A stretch of DNA of 64,000 bases. Origin: Planctomycetota bacterium. Lineage in GTDB: Bacteria; Planctomycetota; B15-G4; JADJEK01. The translations under genes were made by a program, and so were the position numbers. Below the pieces are notes generated by a model. The model worked only from the letters and a program-made list of their open reading frames with translations. It did not search any database and was not told the origin of the DNA. Where the stretch lies: NCBI GenBank assembly GCA_044225365.1, contig JBGAIQ010000001.1, forward strand, positions 256,001-320,000, in the 5' to 3' direction. Below, piece by piece: positions 50,845-59,223 of this stretch. Each line of letters begins with the position of its first letter. Positions within the stretch are counted from its first letter, which is position 1.

Positions 50845-53800
50845 GCGAGGCTCTCCGGTTTGAGTCGACCGCGACCGAGGGTGGCGCAGCCGAGCGGTAC
50901 GACGACGAGGGTCGACGCCGTCGACAACAGGAGTCCGCCGATGACGGCAACCGCGAGGGGTCGCTGCAACTCGGCGCCGGCACCGATCCCGAAGGCGAGC
51001 GGCACGAGTCCCGCGATCGCGGCGAGCGTCGTCATCAGGATGGGGCGGAGGCGAACGCGAGCCGCCTCGATGATCGCCGCGGTCTCCTCGAGGCCCTCGG
51101 CGCACAACTGCTCGGCGTACTCGATCAAGATGATGCCGTTCTTCACCACGAGCCCGACGAGCATGATGAGCCCCATCGCCGAACTCACGTTGAGCGCGAT
51201 CCCGGTGAATCGCAATGCGAGGAGGCCGCCGAGTTGGCCGAACGGCAGAGCGAGGAACATCACGAGCGGGAGGCGGAGCGAGCGGAACTGGACGACGAGG
51301 AGTAGGAACGTGAGGCCGGCGGCGAGGCCGAACACGAACACGAGGTTCTTGAACGCCTCGGCCTGGCTCGCGGCCTGACCGCCGTATTCGACTCGGACGC
51401 GAGGATCGACCTTCAGGTCCGCGATCGCCGCGGCCACGGCGTCGCTCGCCGAACCGAGATCGCGGCCCTCGATCGCCGCGGTGACGACGACCATCGGCAC
51501 CTGGTTCTCGCGCTCGAGTTCGTTCTCCGAGAGGCGTCGCGTGCGGGTTGCCACCTCGGTGAGCGGCACGAGCCCGGGCGGCTCGGCTCCCGAGACCGGC
51601 CCGACGAACGGGACGTCGTCGACCTCGTGGACGCGCCACGGCTCGGGATAGCGCACTCGCACGTCGAGGAAGCGCTCGCCCTCCTTGATGCGGGTTGCGA
51701 CGTCTCCGAGCGATTGCACCTCGAGCTGATCGGAGATCGATTGCGGCGAGAGCTTGTATCGCGCGGCGGCGACGGGATCGATCTTCCATGCGATCTCGGG
51801 ACTGCCGAAGCTCACCGACGACGTGACGTCGACGATGCCCGGTATCTTCTCGATGCGATCCGCGATCGTCTTCGCCGTGCTCTGCAGCAACGGATATTCC
51901 GCGCCGAGCAGTTTCACTTCGATCGGACTCGGATTGCCCGCGAGGTCGTTGATCGTGTCCTGCATCACTTGGATGAACTCGACCTCGGCCTGCGGGACTT
52001 CGCGCGGGATCCTCTCGCGCAACTCCGCGATGACTTCGAAGATCGACCGCTTCGAACCCTTCTTGAGGCCGACGAGCATGTCGCCCGTGAACTGCTCGGT
52101 CGCGAAGAAACCGAGTTCGGCGCCGGTGCGGCGCGAGAACGAACCGACTTCGGGGGTCGCGATCAGGATGGCCTCGATCTTGCGACAGGTCGCATCCGTC
52201 TCCTCGAGGCTCGAGCCGACCGGCAACGTGTAGTCGAGCACGAAGCCACCTTCGTCCATCTCGGGCAGGAATCCCGTCGGCACGCCGCGCGCGAAGAGTG
52301 CGAGGACCGCGAGTACGTCGAGCGCGAGGAAGGTCGTGAGCGCACGATGGCGCAGCATCGATGTCGCCAGGGCGGCGTAGCGCGACTGCATCCAGTTCAT
52401 GAACGCCCGCGACGAACCCTCGGCGCGCGGCCGAAGGGCCGGGATGAGCATGAGCAAGGGCACGAGGAGCAGCGAAACGACCATCGACACGAGGATGCTG
52501 ATGCCGAGCGCGAAGGCGAGACTCTGGAAGAACTGACCGACGACGCCCTCGAGCAGGGCGAGCGGGACGAAGACGACGACGGTCGTGAGCGACGAGCCGA
52601 CGATCGCACCGACGACTTCCTGCGTGCCGACGGCGACGGCCGAGAAGATCGCGGGGAAGCCGGAGTTCTCGCGATCGAGGTGCGCGAGTCGTCGTGCGAC
52701 GTTCTCCACCACGACGATGGCATCGTCGATGATGAGGCCGATGGCGACGGCGAGCCCGCCGAGGCTCATCAGGTTCAGGGACTCCTTCATCGCCGGGAAG
52801 ATCGCGAGCGTGAGCAGGACCGAGATCGGGATCGCAAGTCCGGCGACGAGCGTCACGCGCCAGTTGCCGAGGAACAGGAACAGGACGACGATCGCGAGCA
52901 ATCCGCCGAGGCCGATCGCGTCGCGCACGCCGACGAGCGAGGCTTCGACGAGCATCGCCTGGTCGTAGACGCGGTCGATGCGGCCGTGATGGGGGATGGA
53001 CGGCGACACTTCCTCGACGACGTTCGTGACGTCGCGCGAGAGATCGGTGACCTTGCCGCCGTCGCGGAGGAACACGCTGACGACGACGCCGTCCTGTCCG
53101 CCGCCCGTGACGATCGTGGTGCGATCCGCGGTCGACTCGACGACGCGACCGAGCGCGGAGAGTTCGACGGGGGGCTTCCCGTCGCGTTCGATCGCGACCT
53201 TGCCGATCGCATCGGTGTCGTCGAACTGACCGTCGACGAGTACCTGGTACTGCAGCCCCTCGCGCGAGACGCGACCGACCGCGGTGACGGCGTTCGATTC
53301 CTTCAATGCGTCGCGCACGGCATCGATCGAAATGCCGTACGACGCGAGCGCGAGTGGATCGACTTCGAACACGTACTCGCGGGCGTCGCCGCTCTGCACG
53401 GTGACGAAGAACGCGTCGGGGAGGCGCGCGAGGCGCGGCTTCAGGAAGAGCTCGGTCCACTCCGCAAGGCGTGCGCGCTTCACGGGATCGGAGGCGTCGG
53501 CCTCGCCCGGCAGGACGTTGAAGCTGATGACGGGAAAGAGCGCCGGCGTCTGGCGTTCGATCGTGAGACGTTCGAGCTTGGGCAGGCCGGCCTCGGCCAC
53601 TCGCGAGCGCACGAGCGCGAGCGCGTCGCGCATGTCGGCCTCGGCCGTGAAGTCGAGCGAGATCTCCGAACCGCCGCGCACCGTTTTGCTACGCACTCGC
53701 TGCAGCGCGGGAACCGCGCTGACCGCGACCTCGATCGGCCGCGTGACCTCGAGCAGCATCGCGCGAACGGGAGTCTCACCCTGTTCCGCGATGACGGTGA

Positions 53801-53933
53801 CGCGCTGGAAGGCGACGTCCGGATAGATCCCGCGACCGGTGCGGTACGCCGACCAAACACCTCCGCCGATGAGGAGGAGGAAGAACACGAAGATCGCGCG
53901 ACGATGGGGGTGGGCGCGTGCGACGAGAGTCAC
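50841..53933 (-). CDS. RND efflux permease (CusA/CzcA/AcrB family)
   Basis: NLMSLGGLA.AIG..IDDAIVVVEN, GFLPEMDEG, RLRPILMTT, PLAVAVIGG. Confidence 0.95.
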   Translation of the reverse strand: MTLVARAHPHRRAIFVFFLLLIGGGVWSAYRTGRGIYPDVAFQRVTVIAEQGETPVRAMLLEVTRPIEVAVSAVPALQRVRSKTVRGGSEISLDFTAEADMRDALALVRSRVAEAGLPKLERLTIERQTPALFPVISFNVLPGEADASDPVKRARLAEWTELFLKPRLARLPDAFFVTVQSGDAREYVFEVDPLALASYGISIDAVRDALKESNAVTAVGRVSREGLQYQVLVDGQFDDTDAIGKVAIERDGKPPVELSALGRVVESTADRTTIVTGGGQDGVVVSVFLRDGGKVTDLSRDVTNVVEEVSPSIPHHGRIDRVYDQAMLVEASLVGVRDAIGLGGLLAIVVLFLFLGNWRVTLVAGLAIPISVLLTLAIFPAMKESLNLMSLGGLAVAIGLIIDDAIVVVENVARRLAHLDRENSGFPAIFSAVAVGTQEVVGAIVGSSLTTVVVFVPLALLEGVVGQFFQSLAFALGISILVSMVVSLLLVPLLMLIPALRPRAEGSSRAFMNWMQSRYAALATSMLRHRALTTFLALDVLAVLALFARGVPTGFLPEMDEGGFVLDYTLPVGSSLEETDATCRKIEAILIATPEVGSFSRRTGAELGFFATEQFTGDMLVGLKKGSKRSIFEVIAELRERIPREVPQAEVEFIQVMQDTINDLAGNPSPIEVKLLGAEYPLLQSTAKTIADRIEKIPGIVDVTSSVSFGSPEIAWKIDPVAAARYKLSPQSISDQLEVQSLGDVATRIKEGERFLDVRVRYPEPWRVHEVDDVPFVGPVSGAEPPGLVPLTEVATRTRRLSENELERENQVPMVVVTAAIEGRDLGSASDAVAAAIADLKVDPRVRVEYGGQAASQAEAFKNLVFVFGLAAGLTFLLLVVQFRSLRLPLVMFLALPFGQLGGLLALRFTGIALNVSSAMGLIMLVGLVVKNGIILIEYAEQLCAEGLEETAAIIEAARVRLRPILMTTLAAIAGLVPLAFGIGAGAELQRPLAVAVIGGLLLSTASTLVVVPLGCATLGRGRLKPESLA

Positions 53934-55333
53934 TTGTCGCCCTGATCCGGAGCCGGAGTCGTCGGCTTCTTCGCGGACTCTTCCTTCGATTCGCCTTCGT
54001 CCTTCGCACTCTTCGCGACGACTTTGGCGCCATCGGGGAGGTTGTATCCGCCGAGAGCGATCACCTTGTCACCGTCCTTGATTCCGGTCACGACGATGCG
54101 ATCACCCGCGTGTTCCTTCGTCTCGACGAGGGTTCGGTGCGCGATCCCATGCTCGTCGACGACCATCACGACGGTCTCGTCGTCCGCGCGCACGACCGCG
54201 CTCTTTCGTACCGTCACGGCTCCCTTGTCCTTCCCGATCTCGATCGCGCCGTACACGACGTCCCCGAGGTAAGGCGTGCCGCTCGTCTCCTCGATGTCGA
54301 CGAGCACATCGACGAGGCCGACGTCGGGTTCGATGCGAGCAGGCAGAGTGGCGACGCGGCCGTGGCCATCGAGCGCCCCGGTACCGTCGGTTCCACCCAC
54401 GCCGTGGAACGTGGCGAGTGCGCCGAGCGCCAGCTTGCGGGCATCCGCGGCGGGAAGCTCGAACCGGACGGAGCGTCCGTTTGCGATCGTGAGGCGGCCG
54501 AGCGCAGCACCGCTCTCGAACGAATCACCGACACCCGCCTTCCACTCGACGACCGTCGCGTCTTCGAGCGCCTCGACGCGCGCGGCCGCGAGCACGGCCG
54601 TGGCGTCGGTGAGGGCGGCGTTCGCGGCGGCGTTCGCCGCGACGAGGGAGGCCCGCTCGAGTTCGGCGCCCGACGTGCTCCACGCCGTGACGGCACGCCG
54701 TGCGAGTTCCGCGGTCCGCTCGCTGTCGGCGAGCGACTGCTCCGCTTCGAGGAGTACGGCGGGTGCGACGAGACCATCCTTGGCGAGCTCGCGCTGCCGT
54801 TCGGCGCGAGCCTCCGCGACCTTGACGTCGGCTTCGGCTTTCTGGCGCGAGGAGGCGAGTTCCGCCTCGCGTTGCTCGCGCCCGCCGCGATCGAATTCGG
54901 CGAGCTTGTTCGAGGCCTCCGCGAGCGCAGCGGTCGCGTTCGCCACGGCGAGGTCGAGCGGGGCCGTCTCGAAGCAGGCGAGGATCTCGCCCTTCTTCAC
55001 CACCTGCCCCTCGCGAATGCTCGAGGACGCGATGCGACCGAACGCGCGCGTCGAGATGGTTCGGACCGCATTGGTCAGGGCTTCGATCTTCCCCGCGGCG
55101 GGCACCGTGATCGGTACGTCCGCGACCGAAGCGACGTCGAGGTCGACCTCGACCTCGAGATCCTCCGGTTTCACCTCCGCGCCCGCTTCTTCTTCCTCAT
55201 CGACCTCGGAGTGGCCGCCGATCCGCTCAGCCCACTCCTCCGGCAGATGGTCATGGAGGAACAAACCCACCGCGACGCCGAGCGGCAGGACGACCACGCT
55301 CGACACGATCCATGCGAATTGAGTCTTGGCCAT
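53930..55333 (-). CDS. RND efflux periplasmic adaptor (MFP)
   Basis: N-terminal TM, lipoyl-like G.I....EGQ.VKKG, long alpha-hairpin, G.KDGD.VI..G. Confidence 0.9.
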   Translation of the reverse strand: MAKTQFAWIVSSVVVLPLGVAVGLFLHDHLPEEWAERIGGHSEVDEEEEAGAEVKPEDLEVEVDLDVASVADVPITVPAAGKIEALTNAVRTISTRAFGRIASSSIREGQVVKKGEILACFETAPLDLAVANATAALAEASNKLAEFDRGGREQREAELASSRQKAEADVKVAEARAERQRELAKDGLVAPAVLLEAEQSLADSERTAELARRAVTAWSTSGAELERASLVAANAAANAALTDATAVLAAARVEALEDATVVEWKAGVGDSFESGAALGRLTIANGRSVRFELPAADARKLALGALATFHGVGGTDGTGALDGHGRVATLPARIEPDVGLVDVLVDIEETSGTPYLGDVVYGAIEIGKDKGAVTVRKSAVVRADDETVVMVVDEHGIAHRTLVETKEHAGDRIVVTGIKDGDKVIALGGYNLPDGAKVVAKSAKDEGESKEESAKKPTTPAPDQGDK

Positions 55334-55408
55334 TCCTCCGCTTGTAGAGAACGGCAGGAAGGCGGTCGAAGTGAAAAGTATGCAACGTAGCGGCGGATCG
55401 CCGCCCGA

Positions 55409-56116
55409 TCACTGCTCGGGATCGTCCGAAGCGGTCGTGTCGAGGAGGGTCTTGACGATCCTGCGGGCGGCGAACTTGCCGAACCAGGCGGGTGAGCTCG
55501 ACATGATCTCGTCGCCCATGACCGTCTGGTCCTTCGCGGCCTCGGCGTGGAAGAAGTCCTTCATCGCGACTTCGGTACCCCGATCGGAGGCATCGACGAA
55601 GTCACGGACTTCCCAGATGATCTTGCCGGTCTGCACGTCGATGAGCGAAGCGGAGATCCCGAGTGCGGGCGGCGCGTAGGGCCGGTAGTTGTCGATCGAT
55701 CCGAACATCACGGCGTCGACGCCGTATCGCCGGCCGAGCTCGATGATCGTGGAGATCTCGATGCGTCCGGTCTGCTTCGGTCCCTGCGCGGCCTTGGAAG
55801 TGGCATCCGAGGGTGCGGGCTGCACGACGTCGAAGCGTCGCAATTTGGTGATCTCGTCGCGGAGACAGGAGTTGACGCCGTCGCTCGGCGCTCCGGTCGC
55901 GGATTCGTCGGCGAGCGGCAGCACGAGCACGCGGCGGATCGTTCCGCCGTCGAGGCTGATGTCGCGATAGGCGCGGGGCGGCGCGATGGGGTCGGCGACC
56001 ATCGCCATGGATCGATCCTTCGCCGCCGTCATCCGCGAACAGCCAACGCCCGTGAGACAAAGCGCCACGAGAGCGAGTTCCAGGCTCGATCGAAACCACT
56101 TGGACCGCGACGCCAT
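55409..56116 (-). CDS. Lipoprotein with CsgG/FlgO/DUF799-like alpha/beta domain
   Basis: Lipobox GVGC; RRVLVLP, LG.RYGVDAV.FGSI, LIDVQTGKIIW. Confidence 0.65.
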   Translation of the reverse strand: MASRSKWFRSSLELALVALCLTGVGCSRMTAAKDRSMAMVADPIAPPRAYRDISLDGGTIRRVLVLPLADESATGAPSDGVNSCLRDEITKLRRFDVVQPAPSDATSKAAQGPKQTGRIEISTIIELGRRYGVDAVMFGSIDNYRPYAPPALGISASLIDVQTGKIIWEVRDFVDASDRGTEVAMKDFFHAEAAKDQTVMGDEIMSSSPAWFGKFAARRIVKTLLDTTASDDPEQ

Positions 56117-56118
56117 GA

Positions 56119-56685
56119 TCAACCGTCCTTCGTTCGCGTGCGGTCGCCGATCTCGCGCTCGAGCAACTCCTTCTCGAAAGCGAGGCGTTGTCGCTTCTCG
56201 AGCGCGAACATCTGGGCGAGTGTGGCGCGGTCCTTCTCGAGTCGTGTCTTCTTGCCTTCGAGCTCCTCGATCTGCTTCGTCTTCCCTTCGAGTTCCTCGG
56301 ACAGCTGCGCCACGGAGTCCTTCAGGCGCTGGGTCTGCTCCGTGAGTTCGCGACACTGGCTCTCCGAATTGCCGAGCTTCTCCTCCGTGAGTCGCCGCAG
56401 CGCGATCGCCTTCGCCAACTCGTCGCGGAGATGTTCGTTGTCCTCGAGGAGCGTCGTGCGCGCGGAGAGCTGGGTCGTCGCGCCCTTGGTCGCAGCGTTC
56501 GCAGCGACGGCTTCCTTGTCCTCGCTCGATCCGGTCTGGGTGACGACATCGTTCGGATCGTGCGGTCGCGGCCCCGATTCCTTTTCCTTGCCGGAGAGCA
56601 GTTCCGTGGTGCCGGAGCACGCGGAGACCGTCAGGGCGAGGACGATGGCCGTGATCGTCGAAGTGGTCGATTTGCGGATCTTCAT
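56119..56685 (-). CDS. Coiled-coil lipoprotein, hypothetical
   Basis: Lipobox VSAC; about 100-residue heptad-rich C-terminal half. Confidence 0.7.
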   Translation of the reverse strand: MKIRKSTTSTITAIVLALTVSACSGTTELLSGKEKESGPRPHDPNDVVTQTGSSEDKEAVAANAATKGATTQLSARTTLLEDNEHLRDELAKAIALRRLTEEKLGNSESQCRELTEQTQRLKDSVAQLSEELEGKTKQIEELEGKKTRLEKDRATLAQMFALEKRQRLAFEKELLEREIGDRTRTKDG

Positions 56686-56737
56686 TGCGGTCGCTCGTGT
56701 GGTAGGGCGCGATGGCGCCGTCACTGGTTCCTGGCGG

Positions 56738-57010
56738 TCAGGGCTTGCCCGCCGCGGCGGGGGTTCCGGAGACCGAATAATCGCACTCGATCGTGATCGT
56801 CTCGCCGCAGCGGCAGCGGGCGAGGATCCGCGCCACGCGGTCGCCGTCACGAACGACTTCGATCCGCGGTGCCGAAGCGATCGCAGTCGGTTTGCCGCTG
56901 CGAGTGCATTGTGCGAATTCCGGCGGAGTGATCGCCTTGGTCTCGGCGCCCATCGCTCGCAGGATCGCGCCAGGCCGTACCCCGCTCTGCTTCTTCGTTT
57001 CGTCGCTCAT
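56738..57010 (-). CDS. Small hypothetical protein with 4 Cys (putative metal-binding)
   Basis: Coupled to the fliA stop (ATGA); C...RCRCGETITIECDY. Confidence 0.65.
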   Translation of the reverse strand: MSDETKKQSGVRPGAILRAMGAETKAITPPEFAQCTRSGKPTAIASAPRIEVVRDGDRVARILARCRCGETITIECDYSVSGTPAAAGKP

Positions 57011-57759
57011 TTCGGGTCGCTCCGTGAATTGCGTTCGACCTTCGCGCGAACCTTGTTCTCGGCGCAGGCCAGGATCTGGCAGACGCGTGATTCGGTGACC
57101 CCGAGCAACGTCCCGATCTCCTTCAGGTACAGGTTCTCCGAGTGGTAGAGAACGAACACCTGGCGCTCGCGCGGTGAGAGCTGCGAGATCGCCTCTTCGA
57201 CGCGGGCCACGATCTCCCGGCGCGCGACGTCGTCGCTCGGCTCGAGACCCTTTTCGTCGGGTGGATCGAAGGCCGGAGCCTCGTCGTCGTCCGCACGAGT
57301 CGCGATCCGCGCCTCGCTGGCGAGGAGCTTCGACTCCTTGGCGAGTTGGAACAACTGCTCCACGTCTTCGGTGGTGATGCAGAGCGTTGCCGCCAGTTCT
57401 TCGGGGGTCGGCGGGCGGCCGAGCGTCGCACGAGCGTCGGTCTCGGCTCTCTCGAGTTCGTGGATGCGCGCGCGAGCGCCGCGCGGAAGCGGATCGTGTC
57501 GCCGCAGTTCGTCGAGGATCGCCGACTTGATCGCGAGGTACGCGAAGGTCCGGAAGGACGCTCCGCGCATCGGTTGATAGGTCCGTGCCGCGTTGAGCAG
57601 TCCGAGGGTGCCGGCCGAGAGCAGGTCATCGCGATCGATACCGGGAGGGATCGAGATCGGGAGTCGTCCGACGACTCGCGGCACGAGGTCGAGATTCCGA
57701 GTCGCGAGGTCGTCGCGAGCGGACTTGTCGAGGACGGATGGTATTCCTGCGTCAGTCAT
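57007..57759 (-). CDS. fliA: RNA polymerase sigma factor FliA (sigma28)
   Basis: DDLLSAG.LGL, SFRTFA..I..AILDELR..D, LKEIG.LLGVTESRVCQ. Confidence 0.93.
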   Translation of the reverse strand: MTDAGIPSVLDKSARDDLATRNLDLVPRVVGRLPISIPPGIDRDDLLSAGTLGLLNAARTYQPMRGASFRTFAYLAIKSAILDELRRHDPLPRGARARIHELERAETDARATLGRPPTPEELAATLCITTEDVEQLFQLAKESKLLASEARIATRADDDEAPAFDPPDEKGLEPSDDVARREIVARVEEAISQLSPRERQVFVLYHSENLYLKEIGTLLGVTESRVCQILACAENKVRAKVERNSRSDPK

Positions 57760-57836
57760 CGGAATGAACGGAGGTCTTCGCCATCGGCTCGGCATTCGAA
57801 CGGAAGGGCAACTTGGTCATGTCGCGTCTCTCACGG

Positions 57837-58058
57837 TCACTCGCCGTGGTTCTCCGAGCCGGATGTCTCATCGGCAGATCGGGGGCTCGAGTTGAGCGCT
57901 GCGAGGAAGATTCCGACGGCCGTCGCGATCGCGGCGAGCACGACGCCGCGCAGGAGCGCGGTCTCGGGCCGGCTTCCGCTCGCGAGTGCGACGCCGAGCC
58001 CGATAGCAAATCCGCCTGCGGCTCCGAACTTCCCGGCCTTGCTCGCTTCCATCGGCAC
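57837..58058 (-). CDS. Small two-TM hypothetical membrane protein
   Basis: Two hydrophobic segments; sits in the operon between flhF and fliA. Confidence 0.55.
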   Translation of the reverse strand: MPMEASKAGKFGAAGGFAIGLGVALASGSRPETALLRGVVLAAIATAVGIFLAALNSSPRSADETSGSENHGE

Positions 58059-58065
58059 TCTCGCA

Positions 58066-59220
58066 TCACTTGTGGGTCAGGAGTTTCTTGCCGAGGACGA
58101 TCTCGGCGATCTGGCGGCGCGTCGGGATCGTGAGATCCCCAGCGAGCGCGGTGCCGTGCCCGATCGCGGCGATCGGGAGGTTCAACGTCGCCGGAAGGTT
58201 GATGAGGCAGCCCACGCGAGCCGCGATGTCCACGCCCGTGACGATCAGCGACGACGGGTGCAGCTCGGCGAGGACGGGGCCCTGCGTCGTCGCGATCGAA
58301 TCGTCGCGGCCGGCCTTCAACACGAGGTGGACGGCGACCTGACCGGCCTGCGGCAGACGTTCGCGCAGGGCGTCGATCGCGCGTCGCTCGCGCATCCCGC
58401 AGGCGGCGGTATCGATCAAGATCGTACGTGGTTCACCGAGAGTCTTGAGCCCGCGGACCAGGTCCTCGGCCCCTCGTGCCGCGATGTGCGGCACGCGGAG
58501 TCGCTGAGCCGTGCGCTGGAGGAGCGCGGTCGACTTCTCGCGATCGTCGAGGGAGACGAGCGCGATCCCGGCGCGATCGGGATTCTTCACCTGCTGGAGC
58601 AGTTTCGCGAGCGTCATCGACTTCCCCGAGCCCGGCGGTCCGACGAAGACGAAGCAGCGCGCTTTCTTGGTACCGAGCGGACCGACGCCGGGAATGAGCC
58701 CAGCGACGACGTTCATGCAGTACTCGCTCTTGTGCGGCAGGAGCACGTCTCCCTCCGAAGCGGGCGCTGCGGCGCACAGAGCGAGTGCTCGACGCACGAT
58801 GTCGTCGCGGACTCCCTGATCGCGCAGACGTCGTTCGATCGCGAGCAGTCGCGGCTTGGTGAGCGCTCCGATCGCCGGAGCGGTGGTTTCGGCGGCTTGC
58901 TCGCTCGGTGGAGCAACGAGGGGCGGCGCTTGGATCGCCGATGCATGGGCCTGGGTGGCCATCTCGCGTTCCTTGCGCTCGGCGAGGAGGAGGCGAACGG
59001 TTTCGTTCTGTTGCTGGAGATCCCGCCGTAGCAGCGCGATCTCCGCGCGCAGGCGCATCAGACCTTCGATCGGTTCCTCGCGCTCCACGTCCGCGGCGAC
59101 GACGCGAGTCATCTCGCCCTCCTGCAGGGTTTCGAGGATGAGCGCATGCGGCCCGAGCTCGTGGTTCACCTGTTCGAGGGCCCTTGAAACCGTTGGGGAG
59201 ACGATGGTCTTGAGGCGCAT
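58066..59220 (-). CDS. flhF: Flagellar biosynthesis protein FlhF (degenerate SRP GTPase)
   Basis: N-terminal AL..V..ELG..ALIL.T; GPPGSGKS, ILIDTA, G.G...GDL; directly after flhA. Confidence 0.8.
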   Translation of the reverse strand: MRLKTIVSPTVSRALEQVNHELGPHALILETLQEGEMTRVVAADVEREEPIEGLMRLRAEIALLRRDLQQQNETVRLLLAERKEREMATQAHASAIQAPPLVAPPSEQAAETTAPAIGALTKPRLLAIERRLRDQGVRDDIVRRALALCAAAPASEGDVLLPHKSEYCMNVVAGLIPGVGPLGTKKARCFVFVGPPGSGKSMTLAKLLQQVKNPDRAGIALVSLDDREKSTALLQRTAQRLRVPHIAARGAEDLVRGLKTLGEPRTILIDTAACGMRERRAIDALRERLPQAGQVAVHLVLKAGRDDSIATTQGPVLAELHPSSLIVTGVDIAARVGCLINLPATLNLPIAAIGHGTALAGDLTIPTRRQIAEIVLGKKLLTHK

Positions 59221-59223
59221 GGC

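Noticed and set aside
50845-53460. Arg-rich N-terminal extension of the 1313-aa ORF
   Set aside because: Alternative frame over the RND permease; the real TolC starts at 50844 with a lipoprotein signal.
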